A stretch of DNA of 64,000 nt from Eledone cirrhosa (Eukaryota), in the NCBI GenBank assembly GCA_964016885.1, contig OZ024741.1, forward strand, positions 279,992,001 to 280,056,000. The letters are read 5' to 3'. Below the pieces are notes generated by a model. It had not been told where the DNA came from and made no database searches. It worked only from the letters and a program-made list of their open reading frames with translations. Position numbers and translations under genes: made by a program. The stretch's first letter is position 1, and each line of letters opens with the position of its first letter. Positions 12,038-24,625 of the stretch are shown here, piece after piece.

Positions 12038-14995
12038 CATCATCATCATCATCATCATTTTACGTCCGCTTTTCCCTGCTTGCAAGGGTGGGACGGGTCT
12101 TATTCAGCACAGCATCTCTCCACTCGTCACCTCCGCCCATGTTTTTCGTGGTCTACCTCTACCACGTCTTCCTTCAACTGGCATTTCCTGGCACTTCTTC
12201 ACCCATCGGTCATCTTCCATGCGCATCACATGTCCATACCACCTCAGTCTCCTCTCCCGTACACTACATTCTATCCCTCTCAGACAGTTTCTCTCTCAAC
12301 ACATTTATGCTGGGTCGTTCACGCACATTTACACTGCACATCCAACGGAGCATGCTTGCCTCATTTCTCTCCAGCCGTCGCATATCTTCTGCGGTAGCTG
12401 CCCATGTCTCACTACCATGCAGCATCGCGCTCCTCACACAGGCATCATACAACCGGCCTTTCGTACGCAGGGAGAAACCCTTCTTCGTCAACAGAGGAAG
12501 CAGCTCCCTAAACTTCTTCCAACCCGTCCTTATTCTAGATACTATGGCCTCGGAACACCCTCCTCCCATGCTAATCTGATCTCCTAGGTACCGGAAGCTA
12601 TCCACCACTTCTATAGCGCCCCCTCGCATTTGAAAAATGTGTCTATCAGTGCGACTTCTACTGTCTAATTTCCCTGTACATCTACTGCATACATATTTCT
12701 CCCTACCTGTTAGTTTGCCTGCTATCCCGCTACATCTCTTGTGTACCCAGGACCTACATTGTGTGCATTTTATAGAATTTATGCCAGTTCCTTTTCTGCA
12801 TATCGAACATGGCCATTTCCCTGACGGAATCAGGGTTTTGTCCTCTTTTCTACTCATCAACACTTTTGTCTTAGCTAGATTTACTCTCAGTCCTCTTGCT
12901 TCCAACTGCTGTTTCCATAGCCGGAATTTATTCTCTAGCTCCTCTACTGATTCTGCCATAAGAGCCAGATCGTCAGCATAGAGAAGTTCCCATGGACAGC
13001 CAGTCTTAAACTCCTCTGTTATGGCTTGGAGGACTATAATGAACAAGAGCGGGCTGAGGACCGAACCCTGATGTACTCCTACTTGTATCTGGAATTCCTC
13101 ACTAAACTCCATTCCTACCCTGACTTTACTGAGAGTACCTCTGTACAAAGTTTGCACTGTCCTTACAAGCCATTCCTCAACACCCAGCTTCCTTAGGGAC
13201 CACCAGATGACAGATCGGGGTACCCTATCAAAGGCCTTCTCTAGGTCAACAAAGGCTAAGTATAGTGGCTTATTCTTCTCTAAGAACCTCTCTTGCATTT
13301 GTCTCACCAAGAAGAGGGCATCTGTTGTACTCTTCCCAGGCACAAAACCAAACTGCATCTCATCTAGTTTGACCCTTTCTCTAATTAGTTGTGCTAAAAT
13401 CCTTTCTGCCACTTTCATAACCTGATCTATCAGTTTTATACCCCTATAATTGCTCCTCTCCAAAGCATCCCCTTTACCTTTGTAGCAATTTATGAGAATA
13501 CTGCTGCACCAGTCTTTGGGTATGACACCACCATATATAGCCTGATTGATTATGCGTGCAACCAGTTTAGTGCCTACGTCCCCTGATGCCTTCAGCATCT
13601 CAGCAACTATTCCCGATGGTCCGGCCGCCTTACCATTTTTCATTTCCCTAATCGCCTCTTGGACCCTATATTCGTCAATCTCAATAGCTGGTCCCTCTGT
13701 CGGATCTACCAAGGGTAATTTCTCTCTCTCCCATTCGTTCTCCACATTCATCAGTCTCTCATAATGACATTTCCAGGCCTCCTTTTTCTGGTCATTCGTG
13801 ACACTAAGTACACCGGCATCATCCCGGACACATTTATCACCAACAACATCCTGATTTGCATTGACACACTGCCTTGCAATGTGGAACACCGCACGCCTCT
13901 GATCTTCCCGTCGCAGAACATTGGCAAACCTCCTACTCTCTGCCTCCCTGCGTGCTAAGTACACCTGACGTCTAGCTTCTCTCTTAGTGGCTGTATATTC
14001 TTCCCTACTCCCACCCTTATTCCAAGCCTTCCATGCTAGTCTTTTGTCTCTAATAGCCTTATCTACACTGCTGTTCCACCACCAGGTCACTCTCTGTCTG
14101 GTTGGAGCTCTGCTCCAGCCACAGGTTTCATCAGTAGCCTTCAGCAAGTTGTCACGTAAGAACTTCCAGTTATTATCTATGTCATACGTCTCTAAATCGT
14201 CTTCTTTTTCGTCATATACATCTTGAAGGGCTTTCCTAAATTTGAATTTTAGTGAAAGGTCTTTTAGCTTCCAGACCTTTCTTCTCCACACCTTCCTATA
14301 TGTCTCATTCCATCTCTTGCTTACTGAGATATCACTAACAACTAACCTATGCTGTGGGGTACATTCTTCTCCAGGGTATGCCTTGGTATTAGACACTATC
14401 TGCCTGTCCCGCTGCCTAACTAGCAGGAAGTCAATCTGGCTTATGTGCTCACCAGATTTGTAGGTTATTAGGTGATTGGCAGGTTTCTGGAAGTTTGTGT
14501 TGCAAATAGTCAATGTACTCGCATCACAAAATTCAAGAAGTTTCACTCCTTCATTTCTTGAACCGTAACCGTGCCCACCATGTACCCCAGTGTAACCATC
14601 CTGGAGCTGTCCAACATGACCATTGAAGTCTCCTGCTAGCATAACGATGTCTCCGTCCTCTGTCATTGTGGTTGTTTGCAAAAGTTGCTCATAAAAGCAG
14701 TCTTTCTCATCTTTGCCTAGGCCTGCTTGGGGAGCATAGACCGAGATGATTGTCAGTAGTCTCCTACCTACAACTAATCTAAGCTTAATTATTCGATTAC
14801 TAACTCGAACTACCTCTATTGTCTTATTGATCCATTTCTCAGCCAGGAAAATGCCTACTCCCCCTAACCCATCATCCTTACCTACCCAGAATAGCTTATA
14901 GCTAAGACGCTTGCCTACGACTAGTCTCGCAGAGGCACCTCTCCATCTCACCTCTTGCACGCAGCACACATCCACCTGCCTTCTCTCCAGTGTTC
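12038..14995 (-). mobile_element. RTE-clade LINE, 5'-truncated within the endonuclease N-terminus, with (GAT)n tail
   Basis: Long ORF with APE motifs (CCVQEVRW, VYAP, GDFNGHVG, SQIDF, PQH) and RT motifs (YRGIKL, DLEKAFD, QGSVLSPLLF, YADD, FRYLG). The 3' end reads (CAT)n on +. Confidence 0.95.
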
Positions 14996-15032
14996 TTGAA
15001 AAATTAAAGTTTTTAATACTGCAAATTTTCAC
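12264..15032 (-). pseudogene. RTE ORF2 (APE endonuclease - reverse transcriptase - PHD-like finger), 922-codon open frame with a frameshift near the C-terminus
   Basis: ORF track. The first ~12 codons are flanking DNA. After ..LREKL the protein continues in another frame (LRGIECSVRERRLRWYGHVMRM..RGRPRKTW), matching the paralog at 15308-15592. Confidence 0.88.
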
Positions 15033-15261
15033 AACATTCGTACAGGAGTAATGATACCATAAACATTTGAATTAGCAAACCTGCTTTTAAATATTTTCTA
15101 CTAAAGCATTATAGGGTGTTAAGAATTAAATATTTTACCCAGAGCTATTACATATACTGATGAAAGAAAATTGAAACAAAACAAAAGCAATATTGCAAAT
15201 AACACAGCTGATGAAACTTGATGTAAATCATGATAAAATATATTTATGCTGTAAATAAAAG

Positions 15262-15700
15262 TGCAATGCTGCATGGTAGTGAAACATGGGCAGTGACTGC
15301 ATAAAACATGTATAGACTGCAGAGAAATGAAGCAACCACGCTTCATTGGATGTGCAATGTAAATGTGAGAAAAAGGCAGAGCTTGGATGAACTAAGGGAG
15401 AAGATGGGTTTAAGAGGAATCCAAAGTGGTGTACAGGAGAGAAGATTGCATTGGTATGTACATGTGATGTGCATGGATGATGATGGTTGCTGGGTGAAGG
15501 AGTGCAAGGAAATGCCAATGGAAGGAAGTTATAGTAGAGGTAGACCAAGTAAGACCTGGGCAGAGGTGGTGAGAGCTGACCTCAAATCGTGAGGCTCACA
15601 GAGATGATGAAGGAATGCAGAGAGTGGAAAGATGTTGTACTAAGAAGAACCCATCCAACCCATGCAACTGTGGAAAAACAGACGTAAAAATCATGATTAT
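15262..15700 (+). mobile_element. Older 3' fragment of a related RTE LINE
   Basis: RLQRNEATTLHWMC..RRLHWYVHVM..RGRPSKTW is homologous to the C-terminus of the 12038-14995 element. Confidence 0.88.
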
Positions 15701-16299
15701 GCCAATGGCAATTTTTGTGAGAGTTTTAAAAGCACAATGATTTACTAATATTTCTGCTTACAATTAACAAGGAAATCAGTGCAAATGTTTTGTTAGAGTC
15801 TGATATGAAGCAGTTGCATAAGACTGTCTGAAACTGTCATACTGGAGGACGTCACATTTATGTTGGACTGATAGAATATCTGTAGGATGAAAGCTAAATC
15901 AAGTTCATATCACACAGGAAGTTTTGTATACCCTGATATGAAAAACCTCATGGATAAGGGCACGACAAGAAGTCGATGAAGACAAAAGTACCTTCAATGC
16001 TTGTTGCTAACTAGTGACAAAAGACTGCATATTATAAAGGGTGCAGCAGAAAAACCTCCCATATTTTACAAAGTGACCCTGTAAAATATGGAAGGATTTT
16101 TTTGCCACACCCTGTATATCTCCTCTATACCATACCAAATAGATTTTTTTCGTATTCAGTGAAGCAGAGTATTTGGTTGTAACGCAAGGAACTGCAAAAT
16201 ATATACAGTAGATCAATATGGTAAAGTAATTCTTGAAGAGAAAGTAGGTCAGATGTGGATCAATTAAATGCACTCTTCTCACTAAAATTTTCAAGCTGG

Positions 16300-17600
16300 T
16301 GGAGCTTAGCTTCAAAGGTCGATTAGACAGCAAGTAGAAGTATCAGTGAACCAAGGATGAGAACATCTTCCTTTAGAGACACCTGAACCTGTTGGAGTAT
16401 CAATTATACCTTCCTGACAGCGACTCAAAAATCATGTGATAAAGTTGACATTCATGACATCAGACATGGATGAGTTGATCTCACGTTTGATCAATGATAT
16501 GACAGGGACTGCGGAGTGGAGATCATAACAGATTATGTCAGCAAGTCAAACTATTGTTAAATCATCCATGTACCAAATATCAAAAGGTGTTGTGATGTGA
16601 CATTCAATGTCTTCAACACCACATGCAAAGAGAAAAGAGCCTAAGAGAACTCCCCGTTGAACACTAGTGAAGGCTATGATATTATTGGTGGTAAGGGACA
16701 GGCACATTGAACTGCAAGATAAATAGGCAAATGGGTTGACTGTGGCAGACTTCCAGTAGTTGGTCTTGATGTAAACAGTTGAATTCAGTAGGTGGTTGTG
16801 ACGTAAACAACTGAAAACCAATCTCACCAAATTTCCCAATGAAACGTTAGCAGTCCATTGACTTATGTTGCGCTGAAGAGTTTTCAATAAATTGTCTAGC
16901 AGTATAAGTGACACCCTCACACCAACGTGTGACACTGACTCTGAGCTGCACAAGGCACATGGTTCTTCACCCAGTTCACAGACAGATGACAGCCTTACAA
17001 ATGACTTTCACAATGAGCTCCCTGAAGACACTGCCCAAAGCAATGGGGTGTATGCTCCAGCCTTCTTCAACAGAAGTTAGGTTGGTTGAAAAGAAGAGGT
17101 CATGAACGGGAAGGTTCTCAATGCCATGGAATAAATCTGCTAATGAGCACCATGATTGCACTCAGCAGATAATGACACTTATGAAATATACAATGACACC
17201 AAGTCTTTCAGATAGCCATGCCAGAGGAAGTCCTCCACTACTACTTGCTGATATATTTCATTTAGAAACAATATATGTTGGATAGGAATTTGTTGGTGGG
17301 ATGTACTTGAGGTCAGCAGGAGGTTCCGGGTGCTTTAGTCAATTGAGAGCAGTCAATACTTCTTCAGTGAGATAAAGGATGGTGACAGCCAAGGCAATTA
17401 CTCTAAATACAGTTGAGACAACCCTTTTGATGAGTTTTGTGTTTACATGGTGGCATAAACACTTTGAATCAATGACAGTGGTAGAGGAATGTGAGCATGT
17501 ACTTGGACAGTGGATATGATGATGGGACATGTTTGAGAAAGGTATCTGACTGAAGATCAACACACTGTTTTCAATTTGTGTTGCTAGAGACATGCTAGCG
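16300..17600 (-). mobile_element. Highly degraded non-LTR retrotransposon RT, CRE-like (RLE-type)
   Basis: Fragments HPIALGSVFRELIVK, HVGV, SVQRGVLLGSFLF and WYMDD occur in the expected order and resemble RPIAVG..QLGV..GVQQGDPLGPLLF..WYLDD. Confidence 0.6.
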
Positions 17601-20100
17601 CTATCAACACGTTGTTTAAAGTTTAGTTTCGATAATCATATAAATTAAGAAAACTGTTGAACAACTAACATAGGTAATATGACATGCAGTAATAGGCCTA
17701 GAGAAAGGCAGACAAGATATAAAGTTTCTAGTAAGAGAATAAAGTGAAGAAGTAGGAATATATATTAGTAGTTGCGTACTGAGGACATCAGGAAAAATAA
17801 ATAAAATACAATGTTATGCAGTAGGCGGCGAAAATCTAAGAATCTAGTTACATATAGACTATGTTAACAGGAAATGCTGTTATGTTCAACAATAAAAGAC
17901 AACAAAGCTAAAAGATAACCACATATAATCATAACTTCTGGATTTAGAATTTATATTTGGCTTTCATACAGCAAATTGACAGAACCAATCATTAGAATGT
18001 TGAATAGAATGCTTTGAGATATTTGTTCCTGCTCTCTGAATTCAAATTCTGCCAAGGTCAACTTTGCATTTCATCCATCCTCTCTCTTCTTCTATGGGAG
18101 AAATCAGCTGTTTTATGACCTGGAGAACAGATGGACTTCGCTAGTTTTAAAGCGTCATGACCACACTTCTACGACTCCATCAGGAATTGTGGGTATATGC
18201 ATAAATAAATTTCAAGACAATTCAATAAAAGAATTCACACAAAAATCAAGTTTGATGGACATAGAGATATGTCTTTATTCTTGAGAGATAAAAATACTGG
18301 GGCCATAACAAAATGCATCCAATACACACCAAAATAGGGGAGATTGAACAGAGACAATGTCGGGTTGAGAAAACCCTTTAGTCCTGCTGAAGCTATAATG
18401 TCACCTCTAGTGCTAGTCCCACAATAAAAATACTTCAAGTGGTTGGTGTTTGGAAAGGCCTCCAGTAGTAAGAACCATGCCAAAAATAGAACATACAAGT
18501 GAAATGTGGTTTTCTGACCTATTCAACTTATGTAAGTGTGGAAAGCAGACATAAAATGATGGTGATGATGATATTTGATCTGGAGAAAAGGAACTGTATC
18601 CATGGATTTAGCAGACCCTTCGAGATCTGTGAAATCATAGTTAATGTACCTCTTGAACTGCTGCAAGAAAAACTTAAGCAGGAGGAAGTTTCAGAATGGC
18701 ATGGTTATGAGGAAGATCTGGGTGAAATGATTATTGGAATGTCTAAGGAGATGTGTACACACATATGGGGGACAACAGAACTCAGGGGAGACTAAGTAAT
18801 GATGGTACAGGTTGGACTTCATTAATCTGATAAGCTTGCAACCAGACAGGTGTTGGAGTAGCATGTTTTCAAAACCAGTGAAAAATGGTGAAATAATGCA
18901 TATCCATCTTGTACTGTATAACTGATAACATATTCTGCATACAGAGCTCTTATCAATGTACCACTTCAGTATCAACACGTTTTGTAACAGAGTTAATATC
19001 ACATGTTTACATTTTGCTACATTACCACCATTCGCTTAGTGGGTATATTTAATGATAAAATACCAGTAGATAAAAGGTAACATAAACAATATGAAGTGCT
19101 GATGGTGCCACAGCTGGCCAAGCAGTAGTCCTGCAAACTATTGACTGCCGTTTACAAATCACTGTACAAAACTATCGAAGTTGCCAAACTACTAAATGCC
19201 GGATTAGTGAGTTCATTTTGTTACAATAAGAATGTCATTTGTACATACATGCTGAACATTTATGAAATTATATACTAGAAATGAATTAAAATATCATTTC
19301 TGTCTTTAATCACTTCCATGTGTCAGTAAACAATATAATGTATAATGTTTCATCATCATTATCGTTTAATGAACACTTTCCCTACTATCAAGAGTTGGGC
19401 TAAAGGTTTCTCTTCTGTAAACCATAAATTTATCAAAACACCAATTTCCCAATTTGTATGATAGTTCATATATCCAGTAATTCTAATATATATGGCATAC
19501 CCATTTTGGACAACAAAAATGTAATACATTCAATGATATTGTCAATTATTGATGACACTGGTCCACTAGTGTAATAGAATAGCTTAAGTGAATTTTACAG
19601 ATGAAAGATGATCAAAGACATTATCACAATGTAAGAATGGCGTCCAGCAACAGCATCAGATAAGGCCATATTACTTCTAGGAAGAAACAAGAGGTGAATT
19701 TATATTGTTCATATTTCATAACTGACAAAGATCAAATAAAATACATTTGATCTAAGATTAAAGAGTGATTAGCAAATATTGAATAGTGTTGGGCAAGGTA
19801 ATTCAACAAAAGAAAAGCATTTGGCCAGATGGGAATTAATTATGAAATCTATCTACAAATATATATATATGATCATCATCACCATTTAATATCCATTTTT
19901 CCACGATAGCATGGGTTAGACGAGTTATCGCATTGTGAAACAAGCCAGATCAGATGACTGCATCTTACTCATACAGAACTAATTTTGGCTTGGTTTCTAC
20001 GACTGGATGTCCTTCCTAATACCAACCACATTTACAATGTGGACTGTAAAGTGGTCATGTAAGTGTCACGATAAAAAATATATAACTAGAGCGAGACAGT

Positions 20101-20333
20101 AAGTAGAATCAAAGCCAGTGTTGCAACATATGTACAAACTTTATTGGCATATTACAATTGTTTCGATTTCAATCAGCTCAGGGTAAAATTCATAATGACT
20201 GGGGCCCAACTCTTCTTGACATCTCCTCAGATATGCAAGTTTAGATGTACAAAGACACACCTAAATGTAAAATATCGAAACAATATGCCAATAAAGTTGT
20301 AAATATGCTGCAACACTGACTTCAATTCTTCTT
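20101..20333. mobile_element. Penelope-like terminal-repeat relic with an inverted partial repeat
   Basis: About 20101-20167 is an imperfect inverted repeat of about 20274-20333; contains an HHR followed by AATAAA. Confidence 0.6.
20147..20236 (-). ncRNA. Type I hammerhead ribozyme (Penelope/retrozyme type)
   Basis: GCAUAU-CUGAGGA-GAUGUCAA...UUGAAAUC-GAA-ACAAUUGU-A^AUAUGC; palindromic stem III; predicted cut between 20153 and 20152. Confidence 0.78.
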
Positions 20334-20477
20334 TTTCTATTTACATTCTGCACACTACCGCCACCTTAATTCTGGAATACAACCCAACACGAGATGGACC
20401 TCATAACAGAATGCCGTCTGTAACTGTAGTTACACACCTAACTAACACACACACGTGTGTGTGTGTGTGTATATATA

Positions 20478-20809
20478 TCATCATCATCATCATTTTACGT
20501 CCACTTTTCCCTGCTTGCAAGGGTGGGACGGGAACTGATCCTGGCTTGATTTCTACAGCTGGATGCCCTTCCTAACACCAACCTCATTTACAGTGAGTGC
20601 TGGGTGCTTTTTTGGCGTGGCACCTCCACGACCACTTTGCAGTGGAATGATAGGGACCCAAGTCTTATCTCATTTCTACAGCTGAGTAAACTAGAGCAAT
20701 GTAAAATAAAGTGTCTTGCTCAAGGAAACAACACATCACCCGGTCTGAGAATTGAACTCACAACCTTTCGATTGCAAGCCCAATGTTCCAACCACTAAGC
20801 CATGTGCCT

Positions 20810-20810
<1 letters not shown>
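20478..20810 (-). mobile_element. SINE family A copy whose 3' end matches the RTE LINE
   Basis: Reverse-complement match to 5864-6200; the last ~50 nt are nearly identical to 12045-12097. Confidence 0.88.
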
Positions 20811-20847
<37 letters not shown>

Positions 20848-20848
20848 T

Positions 20849-20899
20849 TACTCTTTTACCTGTTCCAGCCATCCGGCTGAGGCCATGCTGGAGCACCGC
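20849..20899 (-). mobile_element. About 55-bp retroposon 3'-end stub with (AAAAGAGT) tail
   Basis: Near-identical copies at about 31185-31237(+) and 39540-39600(-), all beside or inside TA arrays. Confidence 0.7.
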
Positions 20900-23199
20900 T
20901 ATATATATCTATAATTGTTTATATTCAACTCATAACCTTAGCATATAGTTATGCAAAAAAAAAAAAAGAAAAGCATTTTGTGTATTATATCTATTTCACA
21001 GACTAATGTATAATAAAATACATGTTCAGATTTATTTAAGCAATCTCATTTCAATTAATTGAGGAATTTTTTTTTTTTTGGGGGGGGGGGGGGGGGGGGC
21101 TAGTCACTCACTACATCACACACAAGCTAGTAATCTAAATTAATGCCATTGGCCCACTTGAGTATTTCCCTTGGATAATTTTACTTTATTAATCATGCAA
21201 ATTATACTGGCCCAACATCTTTGTAACTGAGCAGCCTTGAATAAACTACACTTCCCTGCTGAAGTCCAATAACATATCAACAGTTGTCTCCTTGACTGTA
21301 AATAAAGAACGCCCCATCCTACCCTCAAACATAAATTAATTTAATGAAGTTAATTCTTAATTACTTGAAATTATCTCCCTTCTTTGAGAGTTTCACAATT
21401 AAAGGTGGGTTTATGTTTTGTTTTTCTAACTTAGGAAATTTCAATTAATTGTGAATTTTTTTCGTTTGTCATTTGATACACCATCTTGTACCTTATCTAC
21501 ATTCAATTAGTTTTATTTATTGCACTGTCTAACTTCTGCTTTAATTGTTGAGAAATTACCCTTATATTAAGTTTTTGTATTTTATTATATACCAGACGAA
21601 ATATAAAACCTTGAAATCATATCACCCATTTCGTTTCTTAGATTATTGAGCAACATCAGATTAAAATAGTAACCATATAAAATTGTTATTAACTACCATC
21701 TGACCTGACCCTTAATGGGAGCTACTCAGTTGTAGGCACTTAAATCTAGTTATAGGATCCCTAAGTTAAGAAGAGGGTCTGAGGACGCTCAATGATATTG
21801 CTCTTCTTTGGACGATAATCTTTTTTTTTAAATTGTCTTAAATTATCAAAACTTTATCCATACATATAATAGTTTTGGTGGATTGGCAGTATCGGTAGAG
21901 AGTCGGGCGCCATGCTTTGCAGCAAAGAGTTACGTCCCCCATAATGGTCTGAGTTCAAATCCCGTCGAAGTTAACTTTGCCTTTCATCCTTACGGGGTCG
22001 ATAAAATAAAGTACCAGTAATGTACTGGGCTAATTGCTGGACTTGTGCCTAAAGTAGAAACAATTATTTTAATGATTATTTATTTTCGAAATGGAGAGAG
22101 AGATGAACTCTAAATCTATTAGTATCTTTTCATTTTGATGGGGTTGGTTTTGTCTTATATTTCTATAATTGCGGAATAACGTTGTTATGTAATCATACAA
22201 CGTCATAGAATGAGAGAATAGCATTTGTTTATCACAGTAATATGATACAAAGATATGTGAAATATAGACAGACAAGTCACAACGAATAGCATGAGAAAAC
22301 CATAAAATAACTCTATAAGTATATTTTGCCGTGTTTTATCACAAAATACCACAAAAGATTACATAAATTCTCAGCGATAACGGTCGTTACTTTAATAAAC
22401 AAACAGCCGCCGCAACCTTTATTTTGGGGGTTTTATATTTTTAAACAAACCGATCATTCAAATATACTTTTCAAATTCTTTCAAAACAATCATCAAAACC
22501 AAAGTAAAATAGCAATTAAAATTGAAATAAAGGAATGTTATTTATGTACCCATTGGCCTTATTTGTACTGATAGAAACAATACTCAACAATGGGTATTTT
22601 GTGACTATTGAATCTCGTGCTCAAAAATATAAAAATTGTACTACGTAGTAATTATCCTAATACAAATTTTAAAAAATAAGTCAAAACAACTGAAATAATA
22701 ATTCATAATAAATCTTTAAATAAAAAATATACACGATTATAATTTTTTAAATCTTGGAAAAAATAACGGTCTTCCTATTCCCTCCCAAAATCGTTTTATG
22801 CAACCCCAAGAGAGTTCGTAAATTGAACTTGATAAATTATGTACAGTAAAATAGATCTATTTGTATTATACAATTAATCAGAAATCATAAATTCTAATAA
22901 CGTATCATTTATTAACTTGCATCATCGTTTTAAATATCTACACTGGACAGGATTTGAAATTCAAAATCATTTAACCGTATAATAAATATATATATTACCT
23001 GACAGAAAAGAGAACCTGTAAACTGTTGTCACACCTAAGCCCCAGTATTATTATTTAATTACATCATGCGATCATAATTTAACAAAGAGTTTATAGTTTT
23101 ATTAGTCAATTTAAACATAAATTGGTAATTAGAAGAAATATATATAATATATATAAATATATATTGAAAACATCAAGTTTCGATCGAGGTGGGGAGGGC

Positions 23200-23900
23200 A
23201 AAAACGACTGGAATAACTTCCGGTTGTTCTCCATTTCATAGCCAAATATGAAGATGAAGTTTTACGTAGGCGATAGAAAAAATCTGATAAAACTCAATAT
23301 AGTCGTAGAAACAGTTTAAATTTTCTATTTTCCGAAAATAAAATCCCCTTAAGACTGCTTCGCTGACCACTGAATTAAACGGAGTAAGAGAAAGTATTTC
23401 TTGAAAGACGTAATTAGATGGCAAAATTGCTTGATCCTTAAGTCTATATACATATACTTCTCAAAAAATATATATATATTAAAAAAGGGATTTAGGTTAG
23501 ACAGTGTTAAGCAATAAAAAATACATTAATAAGACATTATACTTACATAACTATGCGAGATATTAAACTGGATACCATATCCAAATACTACACGCAACTA
23601 AAGTAATTTTACGCCACGATCAACGGATCAGATTCAGTCTTTTCCTTTGAAAGTAAGGAGCTTCACAAACAATCTTTATGCATTACATGGCGGCTAATCG
23701 CTGACGTCATTATCATATGACAAACGCCGCAGATTCACTTGTCAAAAAACTAAATATTTAGTTTCGCACTGTAAACAAAAGACTTATAAAATGTATGTTA
23801 TCGCAATATTATTTGAATTGAATTATACAATGAAATAGTTCTGATATACAAGCTGAAAGAAGTTAAGTGAAAATGTCGTCTGCTCGTTTAATTTTTTTTT
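23200..23900. promoter_or_regulatory. Candidate (possibly bidirectional) promoter region upstream of the JMJD1C/KDM3 exon
   Basis: Locally CpG-richer and repeat-free. ETS ACTTCCGGT at 23216-23224, YY1-like CATGGCGGC at 23686-23694, full CRE TGACGTCA at 23702-23709. Confidence 0.45.
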
Positions 23901-24625
23901 TTTTGCTATCGACTTTTCATTTCGATTTGAAAGCATTTAGTGGTTCTTTATTAATAAAAATAAGTTGAATATATATTAAATCATAAAACCTCTAGATTTT
24001 TAGGATTTAATCGATTAAAGTTTCTATTATGCAAACCCTGGTAAAAATAAAATGTCTTTTCTTTTTGTTTTCTTTTTTTCTTCAAATGTTGCTGATGGAA
24101 CTATTTGATCAAGTGTATGCGGACTGATTAAAAGTAGTGAGAGAGCTTGTAACACTTCTGCTAACATGCTGATAACATTGAACGTGTATTACAATCACAC
24201 TAACGCAATCTGCATGTGTTTTTCAAAATTCCTCTCGGAATTTTCTTATTTAATCAGTATTATTTATTAATTTCTTTCACTGATATTGTACAAATCAAGT
24301 AATATATTGTGAAATACTTATATTTTATTTTTATTTTATTTTTTAAACTATGGAATAATTTTCTCGTTTGTATTTATATCTATAAAATTTCCTGATAAAA
24401 GAAAAAAATTGTTTTATAACAACAGCAAAATCAATGTTTTAGCTAAAAAGCTATTTGGACCGTCGGAGACCATTTCTAATTTGACCTCGTGACCGCCCCA
24501 CTTTTAGTATATTCCTACTCCCCATAACATTACGCGAAAGACATTCCATGAGATTTAATGTAATGTGTGTGTTTTGCTGAGCTGATGGCGAAAAAAAAAC
24601 GCACCATGGATACATAACGTAAGAA

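Noticed and set aside
12080-14463. Plus-strand ORFs overlapping the LINE
   Set aside because: Antisense shadows of the RTE ORF2
12020-15010. Target-site duplication for the RTE LINE
   Set aside because: Only a weak TGAAA match on both sides; not convincing
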